Below, one piece after another: positions 38,556-51,510 of a stretch of DNA of 64,000 nucleotides. Every line of letters begins with the position of its first letter. Positions within the stretch are counted from its first letter, which is position 1. The notes beneath the pieces were generated by a model, which saw nothing but the letters and a program-made list of their open reading frames with translations, was not told where the DNA came from and ran no database searches. Origin of the DNA: Felis catus (Eukaryota); NCBI RefSeq assembly GCF_018350175.1, contig NC_058368.1, positions 176,392,001 to 176,456,000 of the forward strand. The letters run 5' to 3'. The position numbers were made by a program, and so were the translations under genes.

Positions 38556-39569
38556 AAGAAGCCATCTCTAGTCCAATCTCCTGACAACCTGGAAATCTTC
38601 TATGACAGTCTAGATTTCCTGGTGCTTTTTTCCTGTAGCAAATAATTACTGAGCACCTAACAGATGCCAGGGGTCTTAAGGATTTTACAGAGACAAGCTC
38701 AATTAGGCCTCATGACAATCCTGGGAGCCGCACACTACTGATTATTTGCAGTTATGACTGATAACTTGCCTTGCAATGAGGCAAATGAGGCTCAGAGGCG
38801 TGAAGCATCTTGCCCAAAGTCAAACATGTAGGAAGCAGTGCAGCCGAAAATTGAACCCAGGACTGTTGGAAATAGACAAAGCCCTTCCTTTGCCACAATA
38901 CCATGTGCCTCTACAAAGCACATCACCCGGGGAATGTCCTATGTGCCAGTCCCTAGGCTGGGTCCTGCAGGAGAGAGCACAAGTGTGACACTGTCACAGC
39001 CTGCAGTCCTTTGAGCCAGAGAGGAAGGAGCAAGGGAGGCACGTAGCAGAGAACCAGAGGGTGAGAGGAGGGGCTGGTATGGTCAGGGAGGGCATCGCCA
39101 CTCAGGAAGAACAGGAAGGGCTTCCTGGAGGAGGCAGTGCTTAAGGCTGGCTGAGGGGGGTGGGTGAGATTTCAGCTGGTGGAGACAAATGGGGAGATGC
39201 TGTCTCATCCAAGCCAACAGCCACCTCCTGGATCCACAGGAACTGGCTCAGGACAAACCCCCACCCTGTGTACTGTTAGGGGGCCTAGAAGACTGTGAGA
39301 CAAGTCATTAAAACACCTCCCTGCACGGAATGAAATACTCCTAGTGCTTTCAAACTTTCTCTTACAGGCTTCGTTCTTAGCTCTTCCTTCAAAGCTCCTG
39401 GGGTCTAAGGGAAAGAGTGGATCATAGTGGCAGGCTGCTCCAAGCCATGATGATACCTCTGACCTCCTCCAACGTGACAGGTGGTTCCCACTGCAGTGCC
39501 CTTCCCTACAGGGGGCCAACTCCACAGTGAGGAAGGTAGAGAAAAAGACTGCTGATCAAGAGGAACCTA

Positions 39570-39790
39570 GGGGGCTCAGTCGGCTGAGTGTCCGACTTCA
39601 GCTCAGGTCATGATCTTGTGGCTCATGAGTTCGAACCTGGCATCGGGCTCTGTGCTGTCAGCTCGGAGCCTGGAGCCTGCTTTGGATTTTGGGTCTCCCT
39701 CTCTCCCCTATTCGTGTTCTGTCTCTCTGTGTCTTTCTCTCAAAAATAAATAAAACATTTTTTTTAAAGAAAAAAACAAAAAGAAAAACA
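39570..39790 (+). mobile_element. Can-SINE (diverged, 5' end damaged)
   Basis: ggctcagtcggctgagtgtccgacttcagctcaggtcatgatc through aaaaataaataaaac and an A-rich tail. Confidence 0.9.
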
Positions 39791-39930
39791 ACACAGGGGT
39801 GGCCTGGCAATGCTGCCTGACCCAGCTGAAGGCCAACACCCCCACTGACACCACGTGGTACCCCGGAAAGGATGCACTGAGAAAGGCACTCCACCCATAA
39901 CCCAGTCTGATCATAAGAACACATCAGACA

Positions 39931-40167
39931 GGGGCGCCTGGGTGGCGCAGTCGGTTAAGCGTCCAACTTCAGCCAGGTCACGATCTCGCGGTCCGTGAGT
40001 TCGAGCCCCGCGTCAGGCTCTGGGCTGATGGCTCGGAGCCTGGAGCCTGTTTCCTGTATCCGATTCTGTGTCTCCCTCTCTCTCTGCCCCTCCCCCGTTC
40101 ATGCTCTGTCTCTCTCTGTCCCAAAAATAAATAAACGTTGAAAAAAAAAATTAAAAAAAAAAAAAAA
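39931..40167 (+). mobile_element. Young felid Can-SINE inserted in an old L1 (L1MC-like, ~39830-40560)
   Basis: Exact TSD aagaacacatcagaca; long A tail; flanks continue as L1 3' UTR (aaatccagactggaggacattct...ggacattagtagaaaacaggtgaaatcc). Confidence 0.95.
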
Positions 40168-42758
40168 AAGAACACATCAGACAAATCCAGACTGGAGGAC
40201 ATTCTTGAGGACACCTGGACAGTGCTCCTCAAGGCTGCCAAGGCCATGAAAGACAAGGACTGAGGAATTGTCTTCAACTATAGGAGACTGGGGAGACGTG
40301 ACCACTGGATGCAACGTAGGATCTTGGATTGAATCCCAGCACAATGAAAGGACATTAGTAGAAAACAGGTGAAATCCAGATAAAGTTCGGATTTTAGTTA
40401 ATAATAATGTACGGACATCAACTTTTTAGGCATAACAGATGTGGTAATGTTTGGTGTGAACCACGGGGAGAGCTGGATAGGGTATGTTTATAGGGGTCCA
40501 TACTATGTTTACAAATTTTCTGGAAGTCTAAATTATTCCAAAATAAAACAGTGTGTTTAATTTAAAAGAGAAAGGGAAAAGCAAATGCCAGAACTAAAAC
40601 AAGTCTCATGAGTTTGGGGGCTGGGGGGAGGATTTCTCTGTTTGGCCCAGTGCTACATCCCCAGCTTCTAGAACGGAGCCTGGTGCACAGTAGGGCCCCA
40701 ATAAATATGTTCAATGAACAAGTGACTCCGCCTCTACAGCCCACTCCTGCCTCTGACAGGGGCTCCAGAGACCAGCTCCACTCGCTCCCCACAGGAAGGG
40801 CTGCACCCCTCTGCTTGGCTCCCCAGCAGCGGCTCACTGGTGGTAATCTCCTGCCCACAGATGCATATGGTGACAGGAAATGATCACCCAGGTCCAGCCT
40901 CCTCTCCAATGACCCGGAGCCCCTCCAAGGCTTCCAAAGAAACTGTAAACACAACTAACTAGATGGCAGGTAACATCAGGTGTGTCCACGGAGAGGCCCC
41001 AAGAAATTCAAGGTCATACCACTCGCCTTCAGGACACAGGAGGGTTGTTAAGAAAGCCAGCTCTAACACAGAGATGAGCTGTGTCACCCGCAGATTATGT
41101 GACCTTGGCCAAGTCCTGTCCCTTCTTTTTGCCCAGCATCCTCACCAGGCAAACGGGAATAATAAGTGGTTCTTCCTCGATGTGAGGATCAACTGAGGGC
41201 ATCCAAGAAAGGCCATTAGCCTGGCACTTGAAAAACGGGGACTACTGTAGGCACGGCTGTTACCACAGCACAGCCCTGGGAGGTCACGTGAAAGATACAG
41301 CCGGTGATCTGGAGCAAGTTGAGCTCTGGCCTGCCCTGGGACCACCGGAGAGGAAAGTCCAGGCCACAGGCGGAGCCAGCAGCGTCGTCCCAGGACCATC
41401 CACTGGGGGGAAGCCCCGTGGTCCAAGGCTGCCTCTGCCCAAACCCATGGGTCCCTCACTTCTCTGCCTTGGGCTCCAAGGCCGGGTCCCATAGACCACC
41501 TCTGAGAGTCCCGGGGGCTCTGCCCCAAGCCCTGTCCACCCAGCTAGTGCGTGGTCACACTGCTGTGTGTGACACACACGGGCTGCGTGCTGTCAGCCAC
41601 AGGCCACTGTCGGCCCTAGGAAGGTGTGGATTTGGCCCAGTATCGTGTTCAACAAAAATAAAACTGGAAATGCTTACGAGCCATTATCCCACAACTTCTA
41701 AGATTTTCATCCTTTCCTGAGACACTGGGCAATGTGAGGAGCAAAGAACCCCAGAGCTACACTGGAGCTGCCCCTTCCTGATGGGAGGGCTGCTCTCCCC
41801 TGGGCCACAGTGCACACCACATCACCCACCGAGCTACCTGCCTGGGCCCCGGAGGCTTCCGGGTATGCCACCAACCCCTTTCTCTCTCACCACAGGTCAA
41901 TGCCTTGGTGTCTGGGGTCACCGTGTGGGTGCCACTGAGAGAGGGGCAAGCTCTGGGTCAAATCACCCCAGGGGTTCTCACAGGAGCGTGTCACTGGCCC
42001 TGAGGTTTCGTGGTGTGCCCCCACCAGATGACCCTCTGCTGGGGTCTCCCAGGGCTTGGCGAGGAACGTGAGGACAGGGCTGCAGGTGAGATCACGAGGA
42101 GGGAGACATGCTCCATTTTCTAGACACACTTGTCTCACGTTCCACACGAGTGCATCTCGTCCTCACGACCACCCTGCAAGGAAAGTGTGGGTGCCCTAGT
42201 TTGCAGAGGAGGAAAACTGAGGTTCGTGGACGCCAAGTATCTCGTCTAGGGTCCCCCAGCTAGTAAACGTGGGAAAGGCATTCGAATCCAGACAGATCTG
42301 CCAAATGGACCCACCGTGGGCCGTCCTCAGAGGGACTCAGTGCAGAAAAACACTCTGCAGGGGCGGCCAGGGGCGGTGCACCATGGAACACTTTCTCCTG
42401 AAGATGTGGAGACGCTATCCATGAAGATATTCTTGGACTCAGCAAAACCTCAAAACAGACCAAGTATCACCAGGGTCTCCCAAAGGTCTTAAGGGACATC
42501 TTGGCTAAATTCTACATGCCAATAACTGCTGGCATGGAAGTGAGACAGAAAAGAAGACAGAAGACCGAGGGGAAAACCATACAAATTAACAATGGCAAAG
42601 TATCAGCTAGGCAGGAAGGGCGGCGTGTGGTGAAGTACCCTGGCTCTGGAATCAGACTCAAGTTCAAGTCCAATACTGTACTTCCTCAGCTGTGTGCCCT
42701 GGGCCAGTCATGTCCCAGCTCTGAGCTGTGGCTTCCTGTTTTAAAACTGAATAAAGAT

Positions 42759-43215
42759 GGGGTGTCTGGGTGGCTCCATTTGGTTTTGGCTCAAGTTAGG
42801 ATTCCAGGATCACAGAATCGAGCCCCACGTTGGGCTCTGTGCCAAGCATGGAACCTGCTTGAGATTCTCTCTCTCTTTCCCTCTGCTCCTCTCCCCTGAT
42901 TGTGTGCATACTCCCTCCCTCAATTAAAAAAAAAAAAAAAAAAAAAAAGGATGCCTTGGTGGCTCAGTCAGCTGAATGTCCAACTCTTGATTTTGGCTCA
43001 GGTCATGATCTTGAGACTCATGAGATAGAGTCCCACATTGGGCTCTGTGTTGACAGCATGGAGCCTGCTTGGGATTCTCTCTCCGCACCCCTCCCTCTTT
43101 CTCCCTCTCTCTGTCCCCCACCACACATGCACGCTCTTTCTCTCAAAATAAATAAGCTTGAAAAAAACCAAAGTGTGCAGTTCAATCGCTTTAAAAATAA
43201 ATAAGTAAAAAATAA
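42759..43215 (+). mobile_element. Two tandem older Can-SINEs (~42759-42948 and ~42949-43215)
   Basis: Two diverged SINE heads, each followed by a CT-rich tract and an A tail. Confidence 0.85.
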
Positions 43216-43269
43216 AACTGAATACAGGCAATAATTAACAGAGCAAAAAGGCAACTTTGTCACCAGGAG

Positions 43270-44225
43270 AACATTTGTGGGCCATAGATCTAAAAAAGGG
43301 GTTAATATCCAAAATGCAGAAGAACCTCTTTCAACTCCACAGCAAAACAAAACAGACAAATGAGAAAACAAATAACCTGACCTAAAAGCTGGGCAAAAAA
43401 CTTAAATCAACGTCTCTTTCAAGAAGATATTCAAATGGGGAACAGGGTATATGAACAGCTGCTCAACATCACTGAGCATCAGGGAAATGCAAATCAAAAC
43501 CACAACGAAATATCACCTCACACCTGTTAAGATGGCCATTGTCACACGGTAGGTGTTGGCAAGGATGTGGAGAAAAGGCAGCCCTCATGCACTATTGGTC
43601 GGAATGCAAACTGGGGCAGCCACTGGGGAAACAGTATGGAGACTCCTCAAAAAATTAAAAATAGAAATACCATAGGATCCAGTAATCCTGCGACTAGGCT
43701 CGGTATTTATTCTAAAGAACTGAAATCAGGATCTTGAAGAGATATCTGCACCCCCGTGCTCACTGTAGCGTTATTTACGGTAGCCAAGATGTGGAAACAA
43801 CTTCAACTGTCCATGGACAGATGGACGGGTAAAGAAAATGTGGTATAGATGTACAGTGGAATATTATTCAGCCTTAAAGTCCTGCCACATGCAACAATAT
43901 GGATGAACCTTGAGGGTGTTACGCTAAGTGAAACAAGCTAGTTACAGAAGGACAGATAGACACGAATCCACTCACATGAGGTATGTGACACCATTAAACT
44001 TATAGAAATAGGCAGTAGAATGGTGGGTGCCGGGGCTGGGGAAAGGGGGAAAGGGGGAAACGGGGAGGTGTTCTTCAAGGGGTAGAAAGTCCCAGTCACA
44101 TAAGATGAGTAAGTTCCAGAGGTCTGCTGAACACTGTGCCTATGGTTAACATTACTGCACACTTAAAAATTTGTTAAGAGGGTATATCTCATCTTAAGCA
44201 TTCTTACCACATAATTTTCAAAAAA
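43270..44225 (+). mobile_element. L1 (L1MA/L1MB-like) fragment: degenerate ORF2 3' region and 3' UTR
   Basis: catcagggaaatgcaaatcaaaaccacaacgaaatatcacctcacacctgttaagatggc, ggatgtggagaaaaggc, atggatgaaccttgagggtgttacgctaagtgaaa and 3' UTR ttgttaagagggtatatctcatcttaagc; reading frame broken. Confidence 0.9.
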
Positions 44226-45389
44226 CTGAATTAGTTGCATGCCCATACAGTGATAGCATGCGCGCTTCCTAGGGTGACAGAACGGTTCTGTATCCACATG
44301 AGGGCAGGGGTGGCTACATGATGTAAGGTCTTGAATTTCATAGAAGAGTACACAAAAAGAAAAGCCAATTTTTCGGTATGTTAATTTAAAAGAGAAAGTA
44401 AATTGCTAATAATACTAATAATTGTATCTCGTGGGGCCAGGGTGACTTAAATCCAGTGACGGGCCCAGCAGAGTCCTCACCCATCACAAGCTGAGGAACC
44501 GTCAGGCACAGCTAGTGAAATGAGCATTGCCTCCTTTCCTCCTCCAAAGAGATTCTAGCCCCTAGCCTCGAATGCAAGAGAGAAAAGCTAATGCCATAGA
44601 GGGGCTGCCACAACATCAGGACCCAATGTTTCAGGGATTGTGACTGTACTTTGGTCTCATGACGGCCAGGCCTCTCGTCTCCAATAGGGTTTCCACCTTT
44701 TGGAGAGACAGAACATTTGATCCATTTCCAATGGATCTTGCTTCCTGTCCAGCTGTGCTGCCCAGTAGGTTGTAGGAAGGAGGAGCTCAAGGGGAGGACT
44801 ACACTATCAGGGGTACGCTGGTCCCCAGGGCCCCTTGACACACCGGCTGTGGGATCCATCACCTCTGAGGTCGATTTCCCCGGACGGAAATCAGGCATAA
44901 TAACGCTTCCCCCTCAGGGAGAGTAGATTTGCAAAGCACCTATGTATCCCCTAGCTCTCGACAGTACGGGGAACCTTGAGTTTCTCCTGCCTCTCCCAAT
45001 GGACAAGACTTTTTAAAACAAATACATGCTAGTGTTAGAGGGTTTTTTCCTGTCCTATACTTTTCCTGCATATACAACCAATGTAATTAAGCTAACAGAC
45101 CTGAATGTTCAAGTGGACAAGAGACAATTAGGCTAATTACTACTTCCTTAAAGGATCAGTTAGGGCTGTCTCCCACACTATCTTTGAGAAAGGGTACTGG
45201 GTGCCCCATGAACAACACGGTGGCTTGGACAATCAGTTTGGCAAAAGCTGCGCTGAACCAAGTGACTTGGTTTCCCCTCACTCAGGATTTCTTAGCATCT
45301 TTAGAAAGGTACATGCGTGTTGTGAGTCCACAGGCGGGGGGCACAGCACGGAGCACTGACTGAGAGGGGCTGTGTCAAGTCAGGCATCC

Positions 45390-45920
45390 AGAGCAGGGCT
45401 TTGGCAACCTTACCACACATCCAAACCACCTGGGGGGTCTTATTAAACCACAGATGCACATTCGGGGTGGGCACTGAGATTCTGCATTTCCCACAGGCTC
45501 CTGGGTGACGCTGAAGCTGCTGGTCTGGGGACCACACTCTCAAGCGCAAGGACATCAGTGGAAAAGTAAGACCACTTTACTGGTGAGGAACAGTCCCAGC
45601 ATAGGGAAGTGACTTGCTGAAGGTCACATAGAAGTGACAGGTGCAACTAGATCCGCTCCCCAGCCTTCCCTCCAAGTACCTACTCCACCCTCTGGCTGCC
45701 CTACAGCTCTTGGCCCTGCTCCCCACTAGTTCTCCGATTTTGAGCAATTTTCCTAGTCTCGGTTGTGCGCTGGAGTCATGTGAGGGTCTTTAAACTATAC
45801 AAATGCCTGGGCCCCTCCCCCTCAGATCCTGATTATCGGGTCTGAAGTGTAGCCTGAGTTGGGGAATTGTTTTAAACTCTGCCAGTGGTTCTAATGCAGA
45901 GCCAGTGTTGAGGATCACTG
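45390..45920. mobile_element. Two MER5-like hAT relics (~45390-45560 and ~45745-45920)
   Basis: gagattctgcatttc...gggtgacgctgaagctgctggtctggggaccacactct and aaatgcctgggcccctcc...ggttctaatgcagagccagtgttgaggatcactg. Confidence 0.7.
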
Positions 45921-46778
45921 AGGCAGAGGTGAGCATCACCCCAAATGCCCTCCTCACGCCCTGCCTGCCCCTCTAATGCCTGATGAAAACAGCCCAGCAG
46001 CAACTCCAGGACAAAACGTGAAAGGATTACCGGATGGGAAGTGGCACTTAACGAGGCCGCAGCTGGCTAAAGCCCCGTCTCAAGACATTAGGTATCATAG
46101 TCAGGAATCCAAACTGCCTTGAGAGGACAGATTTTTCCATATTAGCCTATGTCCAGGTGAGCAGGTAAACTGACGTTCTATGCTTTAAAGCCCCAGTGGC
46201 CAAAGTGGGAAAATCTGGACCCTCCAGAGTGAGATGCTGTAAGTTAGTGCAAGACCCTTTAACTGGCATCTTTAAAGACAATTTCCAAATCAGGTGTCAG
46301 ACCAAATGAGGCTGGTAAAAAAAAAAGGGGGGGGGGGGTGGGGGGGAAGCTAGTGACTTTAAGCTTTTTAATAAGCACTGTAGGGAAAGAATTAGAGATG
46401 AGAAACCCAATGAATCCAGTTAAAGGAGATATCCATTCTCTCTGCACTTGGTGAACAGAAGGGGAAAAGCTTGAGCGAGGAGCCTACAGCATACAAGTGG
46501 GGCTCTGGAGCCAGACGGCAGCATTCCACCCCGAGCATCTTCTGCTGACCCACATTGCTCCTGAACTCTGCTGCACCTCAAGTGGCTTAGCTGTAAAGTG
46601 GGACAACAACAGGGTCTGCCTTGTAGGGGTGCTGTGGGATTAAATGAGTGGATGCACATAAGATCCTCAACAGTGTCAGGCACTAGGAACACAAAACACA
46701 TAAACACATAACACTGGCTTGATTTTCACATCGTTTTTTCTCTGGTCTAATCATTTCCCTTTTGACCTCATTTTTAAG

Positions 46779-46780
<2 letters not shown>

Positions 46781-46820
<40 letters not shown>
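46781..46820. repeat. (TG)20 microsatellite at the tail of an antisense SINE
   Basis: Uninterrupted TG run. Confidence 0.97.
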
Positions 46821-46823
<3 letters not shown>

Positions 46824-46824
46824 C

Positions 46825-46840
46825 CTTTTTATTTACTTTT

Positions 46841-46892
<52 letters not shown>

Positions 46893-47062
46893 ATGCCCGT
46901 GAACGGGACAGGGGCAGGGAGAGTGGGAGACAGAATTCCAAGAAGGCTCCACACTGTCAGCACAGAGCCCGACGCCAGGCTGGAACTCACGAACTGTGAG
47001 ATCATGACCTGAGCCTAAACCAAGAGTCAGAGGCTTCACCGACTGAGCCAGCCAGGCACCCC
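46825..47062 (-). mobile_element. Can-SINE (older) with expanded (GA)n
   Basis: ttttatttacttttgagagaga...gagatcatgacctgagcctaaaccaagagtcagaggcttcaccgactgagccagccaggcacccc. Confidence 0.9.
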
Positions 47063-47383
47063 AGCCCATTTATATTCTTTAAAAATTGATGTAAAGTATG
47101 TTTCTGTCAGTTTCCTCGAGTAATTTCTGGAATGAGGCAGGATAAAGATACAGACACTCATAACTACTATATGCTGAGTGTTAACTACGTGCTCAGAGCC
47201 CCCTGTGGCGGCTGGGGCTCAGCTTGGTATGGGGAGTGAAGAGGGCTCAGGGTCTGCAGGGCCCCACTCAGACAAAGCCACATGAGGAGCTAAGGAATTC
47301 ATACTTGATCCTCAGAGCAACGGGCCTTGTTTGAAGGTTGAAACCAGGACATGAGAAAATCAGGTTAACTGTGGAAAGCTCAC

Positions 47384-47418
<35 letters not shown>

Positions 47419-47521
47419 TCAACTTTGGGAAGCTCATTCAGGGTTCCTGAGGAAGTCTGGGGTCTCCTGGAGGGATGCCAAGGTAGGAGGCAATGGAGGC
47501 CAAACCAAGGCACCGCAGCAT

Positions 47522-47700
47522 GGCTGGCTGGCATCATGGGCATGTGACCTACACAGTCACATAGGATCCCACGCTCCGAGGGGTCCACGCTTACTTTTAA
47601 TGTTCTGCTGTGGCTGTCCTGAAATTCTCAATACGTTTCCAACAAGAGGTTATGCCATTTTCATTTTGCACAGGGTCCCACAAATTATGTAGCTAGCCCT
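47522..47700 (+). mobile_element. MER91-like hAT DNA transposon relic
   Basis: Ends in ttttcattttgcacagggtcccacaaattatgtagctagccct, which I recognise as a MER91-type terminus. Confidence 0.6.
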
Positions 47701-49683
47701 ACCTTGCAGGGATACTTCGTTTGCCCCTACGTCTACACTACCAGGTGAGGCAGTGAAGGTTACTTGTCTTCAAAATGAAGAAACGGAGGCTCTGAGAAGG
47801 TAAACCGGCCCACGGCATAGCTGGTCAGTGACAGGGCAGCAGCATACCCAGGTCTTGGGGTTTCAACTTGGGGGCCTCCACTGTGGGAAAGTGGCCACCT
47901 CTGCCTCTCAGAAAGCAGTGCTCAGGCTCGTCCGGGCCTGGGCTGCAGGAACTGCCTTCCACCCCCACCCAAGGCTGAGCTGATCCCTGCCAGCCGGAAC
48001 TGGGTATGGTCAGAGCCAACACCCACGGATCTGGGTCCACAAGGCCAGTTCCACAACAGCAACGGGCCAGCGATTAATGAAACAATTCACCAAGAGCAAA
48101 GCAAACACAAGTAATCTTTGCAGTCCCAGGATCCCTCCTCTCCCAACCCCCAAAACCAATTTAGAGCCAATTCAAGGAAGGAAGGGGGAGAAAATTCTCC
48201 ACCAATAGCTCAAAATCTGCCTAGTAAAGGAAGAGTTGACATATCAAAGCACACCATGTCTTTGGCTTCCTTGACAGACTCTGAGAGGCATTTCCAAGGA
48301 TGAGTTTGGCCCAGGTGATGTTCCAGGCACTGGAGTTACAACAGAGAATAAAACAGATAAAAATCTTTGCCCTAAGGAGCTCATATTTTAATGGCAGGGA
48401 GAAAGAGAATAAGCATAATAATTAAGTGAATTATACAGTGTTAGGACATATAGGTGCTTACATGAAATAACACAAATGATGAAAATAGCGGCCAAAATTT
48501 ATTGGGTGCCTACTCTGTGTCTAAATGCTTTACACACATTGACTCATTTAATCCTCTCAACAACGGATATTGTTCTCATGCCCATTTCACAGACAGAATA
48601 CACAGGAGGTAAGTTGTGCAAGGTCCCACATGCAATAAGAAAACAAGAGTACTGATAAGAAAGGGCAGGGGACTGCCATTCCCCCCAGCCTCTTCCTGAT
48701 TCTGGTTGGTTTTAAGGCACCACAACAGGCAGGACGCCTGGATTTCTTCCAGGCCTTGAACTGGGAGAGGGGGTCCAATCACAGGGCCCCTTTCTACTCC
48801 CCCACAGTTCTTAAGAGATCTAACAGGGCTGTGGGACCCTCCAAGCACTCCCTTTTCTCCCAGAGCTAAGGCTCTGGAGCTAACAGCCCAGAGTGCAAAT
48901 CCCAACTCCACCAGCTCACCAGTATATGGCCCTGGGCAAACAGCTTCTACCTGGCAGCCTCCCTTTCCTTTGATTTAAAATGAAGATGAAAACTCCCTCT
49001 CACAGGTGACAAGAGAACAGACATCAAGTCTGGACCTTGCAGTGCCTATACAGGGGTAGATGCCCCAAGCATGCTGGTTCATAACATGCCCCCACTCCTG
49101 GGCCCCACGATGCCCTCCTCTCTTCTCTCCAGTGCTGAGAGGGCACGGCCACATGTCACCCAGCTCTGTACTGTGGGCCACGTGGCAGAGGGCTGAGCAT
49201 GGTAAACATCTGATGAACACTGAAGAGGAAGAAGGTATGTGGGGTGGTGGAACCTTCCTTAGAAACTGAGCCCTGGAGTTAATGGATCTTAAAAAGTGCG
49301 GGTTGCTAGGCAGAAATGTCTTGTCCTCCAAAGTGCAAATGCAAAGTGGTGAAATCTATTCTCAACATTCTGTGGTAAGCCCAAGCCCTCAAGAAAACCT
49401 ATTACAACACCTCATTTAGCTGGGGTCCCCGTGGCACCAGGGCACTCCAAATCTCCAACTCAAGGGGCACCAGGTCAGAAGCTGTTAGTGACCTGGCACC
49501 CTGGCCCACCCTTCAGGCTAGTTGTCATGAGGTCCAAGGCAAGACCCTCAACCTGGAGCCTCAACTTCCTTCTTTTAAGATAAGGGGCTAGGTACAGAGT
49601 GACAGGATTAAGTGACCAAAAGCAGTGATTTATCCAACAAAGTCAAAATCACCGGAACCTACTAAATCACATGGGGACAGGGG

Positions 49684-49686
<3 letters not shown>

Positions 49687-49717
<31 letters not shown>
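49687..49717. repeat. (GT)n microsatellite, about 15 units
   Basis: Uninterrupted GT run. Confidence 0.97.
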
Positions 49718-49719
<2 letters not shown>

Positions 49720-50899
49720 AAGGTCAGGAATCTTTATTATCAAAGGACTGACCCTGAATTCCATCAGAGGGACTTTCTTTGTTTGAAACCGCCCTGGGTC
49801 TGCAAGCATTTGTCTGAGACCCTAGTGCGAACCTCTAGGCTTCATGGAAGGGGCAGGAAGCTGGCAGATGTTTTCTAGATGGCATCGGTGCCCAGGACAG
49901 GCTAGAGTACCACAACAGCCAATGCATAAGGGTCACCGCCAGGCTTTCCCTTCTGGGAAGGCTGTCACTTTACCCTGATTTCACTCACACCTGTAGGGAG
50001 GGAAAGGGCAGGTGAGGAGGGAGAGAGTTCCCTCCTGCGAGGCATTAGAATCCCTATTTGTGGATGAAGAAATGACCTCATGGAGAAGATCCTCATCTAC
50101 TAACATCCTCCTTCTGGGCTCTAAACCCTACAGCACCTCTGACTGAAGCACTTCTCATGCATTCAGTCCTCGCAGGTGAGGACCTTATTTTAGCCCCAGT
50201 CTGCAGGTGGTAAATTTTAGAGATACTGAGAGGGTTCAGACACTTGCCCAAGTTATCCCACCACAGAGCCAAGGGGAGGTCTGAATCCAGAGCCTTCGCC
50301 CCTAACCTCTAGAATATACGGAGCTGCTCAGTGGAGGGAGCAGAGCCAGGATTCTAATCCAGCTCTCCTCCTACACTAAAGTCCTGCCATTTTCCTCGCC
50401 AAACCCCCCAAAGTGTGTCTGCCTGAGGCCAGGGCATTCCCTGGGGCTCCATACCTCAAGGGAAAGCCTGGTTGGAGACCTCTTCTGAGGCAGGCTTCCA
50501 GAAGGCCTAACCCAGCACAACGTGGACCATGAGGCAGCTGGACCCTACAAAGAACCCATTGTAGTGACTGCAGAAAGCCCAGGCCAGACCAGGCTGGGCC
50601 CTCTGGGGAGCCCTGCCCATGACTCCTGGCCTCCTCCCCTTCCCATGGTGCCCCCATACCCAGAGAACAGGACCCGGACTGGCAGAGGCCTCCTGTGTTG
50701 CCCAGGCTGGGGCAGCCTCAGACTATGGAAACCTAAAACCCTCCAGCTGCTGCCAGGCGGTATGGGGCTGCAGACCCCTGCGGACTCACTGGAGGTGCCC
50801 CGGACGCACCTGTCAGCAGGGGTAGGGGCCACGAAAAGACTCCACGGACGGACGGCAGGAGGGGGAGGGTTCGTTTGTTCCCATCGGGGGTAGGGGAGT

Positions 50900-51510
50900 T
50901 AATCTGTTTCCCAGAATGGGGGTGGAGATGCGCGTTTGAGTGGTGTGGGGCCAGGCTGAGGAGGGGGCTCGGCGGAGGGGAGGGATGGGCGGCCCGGAGG
51001 GCTGGCTTTGCCAGCCGCTGCACCGGGGGGGGCCCTCCGCGGTTCCGGCCGGCTTTGTGTGCTGCAGGGGTCCCGCTCCAGGTCCCCGAGGGCCTGCCGA
51101 GGCATGCACAGGGCTGGGGGCCGCTTCTGCCTGCCGGCAAGAGGGGTCCGCGTCGTGCCCGGGCACCCCCTGTGTCCGCGGTCGCCACACTCACCTCCTG
51201 AAGTCAAAGGGCATCGTGCCGCCGCTGCCGGGGGTGGGAGCGCTGCAGGCCAGGTGGGCCGCGGCGCCGCGTGGGTCCCAGCCCGCTGCCAACGCCTCCT
51301 CCGGCCGCCCCGCCCCCGCGGGCCGCCCACCGCCCCAGACACCCGCCGCTCGCCTCCCGCCGCCGGGAAGTGACGCTCCGCGCAGCCCATTGGGCGCCGT
51401 CCGCCGCCCCCCGCCGCCCCTTCCGCCGCCCGGTTAAAGGGGCCCGCGGGCGCGTAGGGGGAGGGGCCGACCTTTTGGGGCCGGGGCAGGGAACCCACAG
51501 AGACGCATTT
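50900..51510 (-). promoter_or_regulatory. ERGIC1: CpG-island promoter and 5' UTR of ERGIC1
   Basis: Very GC- and CpG-rich stretch spanning exon 1, with several GC boxes (CCGCCC, ~51305-51430), GGAAGTGACG (51366-51375) and CCAAT on the minus strand (51389-51393). The exact TSS cannot be read from sequence. Confidence 0.9.
51195..51214 (-). CDS. ERGIC1: ERGIC1 coding exon 1 (20 coding nt, MPFDFR+AG; phase-2 intron follows)
   Basis: Minus strand reads gcggcggcacg ATG CCC TTT GAC TTC AGG AG|gtgagtgtg: A at -3, a canonical GTGAGT donor, and it sits inside a CpG island. MPFDFRR is the N-terminus of mammalian ERGIC1 (ERGIC-32) as I recall it. Confidence 0.96.

Larger units (their letters stand above)
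2556..51194 (-). other. ERGIC1: ERGIC1 intron 1 (48,639 bp, GT-AG)
   Basis: Bounded by the exon 1 donor and the exon 2 acceptor; the peptide is continuous across the junction, so no constitutive coding exon is needed between them. Confidence 0.93.

Noticed and set aside
51215..51370. Non-AUG N-terminal extension of ERGIC1 (upstream frame is open, with in-frame CTG and TTG)
   Set aside because: Open frames are expected in GC-rich UTRs and the CTG context is weak; no support without ribosome profiling.
51375..51393. ER stress element (CCAAT-N9-CCACG) in the promoter
   Set aside because: The minus strand reads CCAAT-gggctgcgc-GGAGC; the CCACG half is absent.
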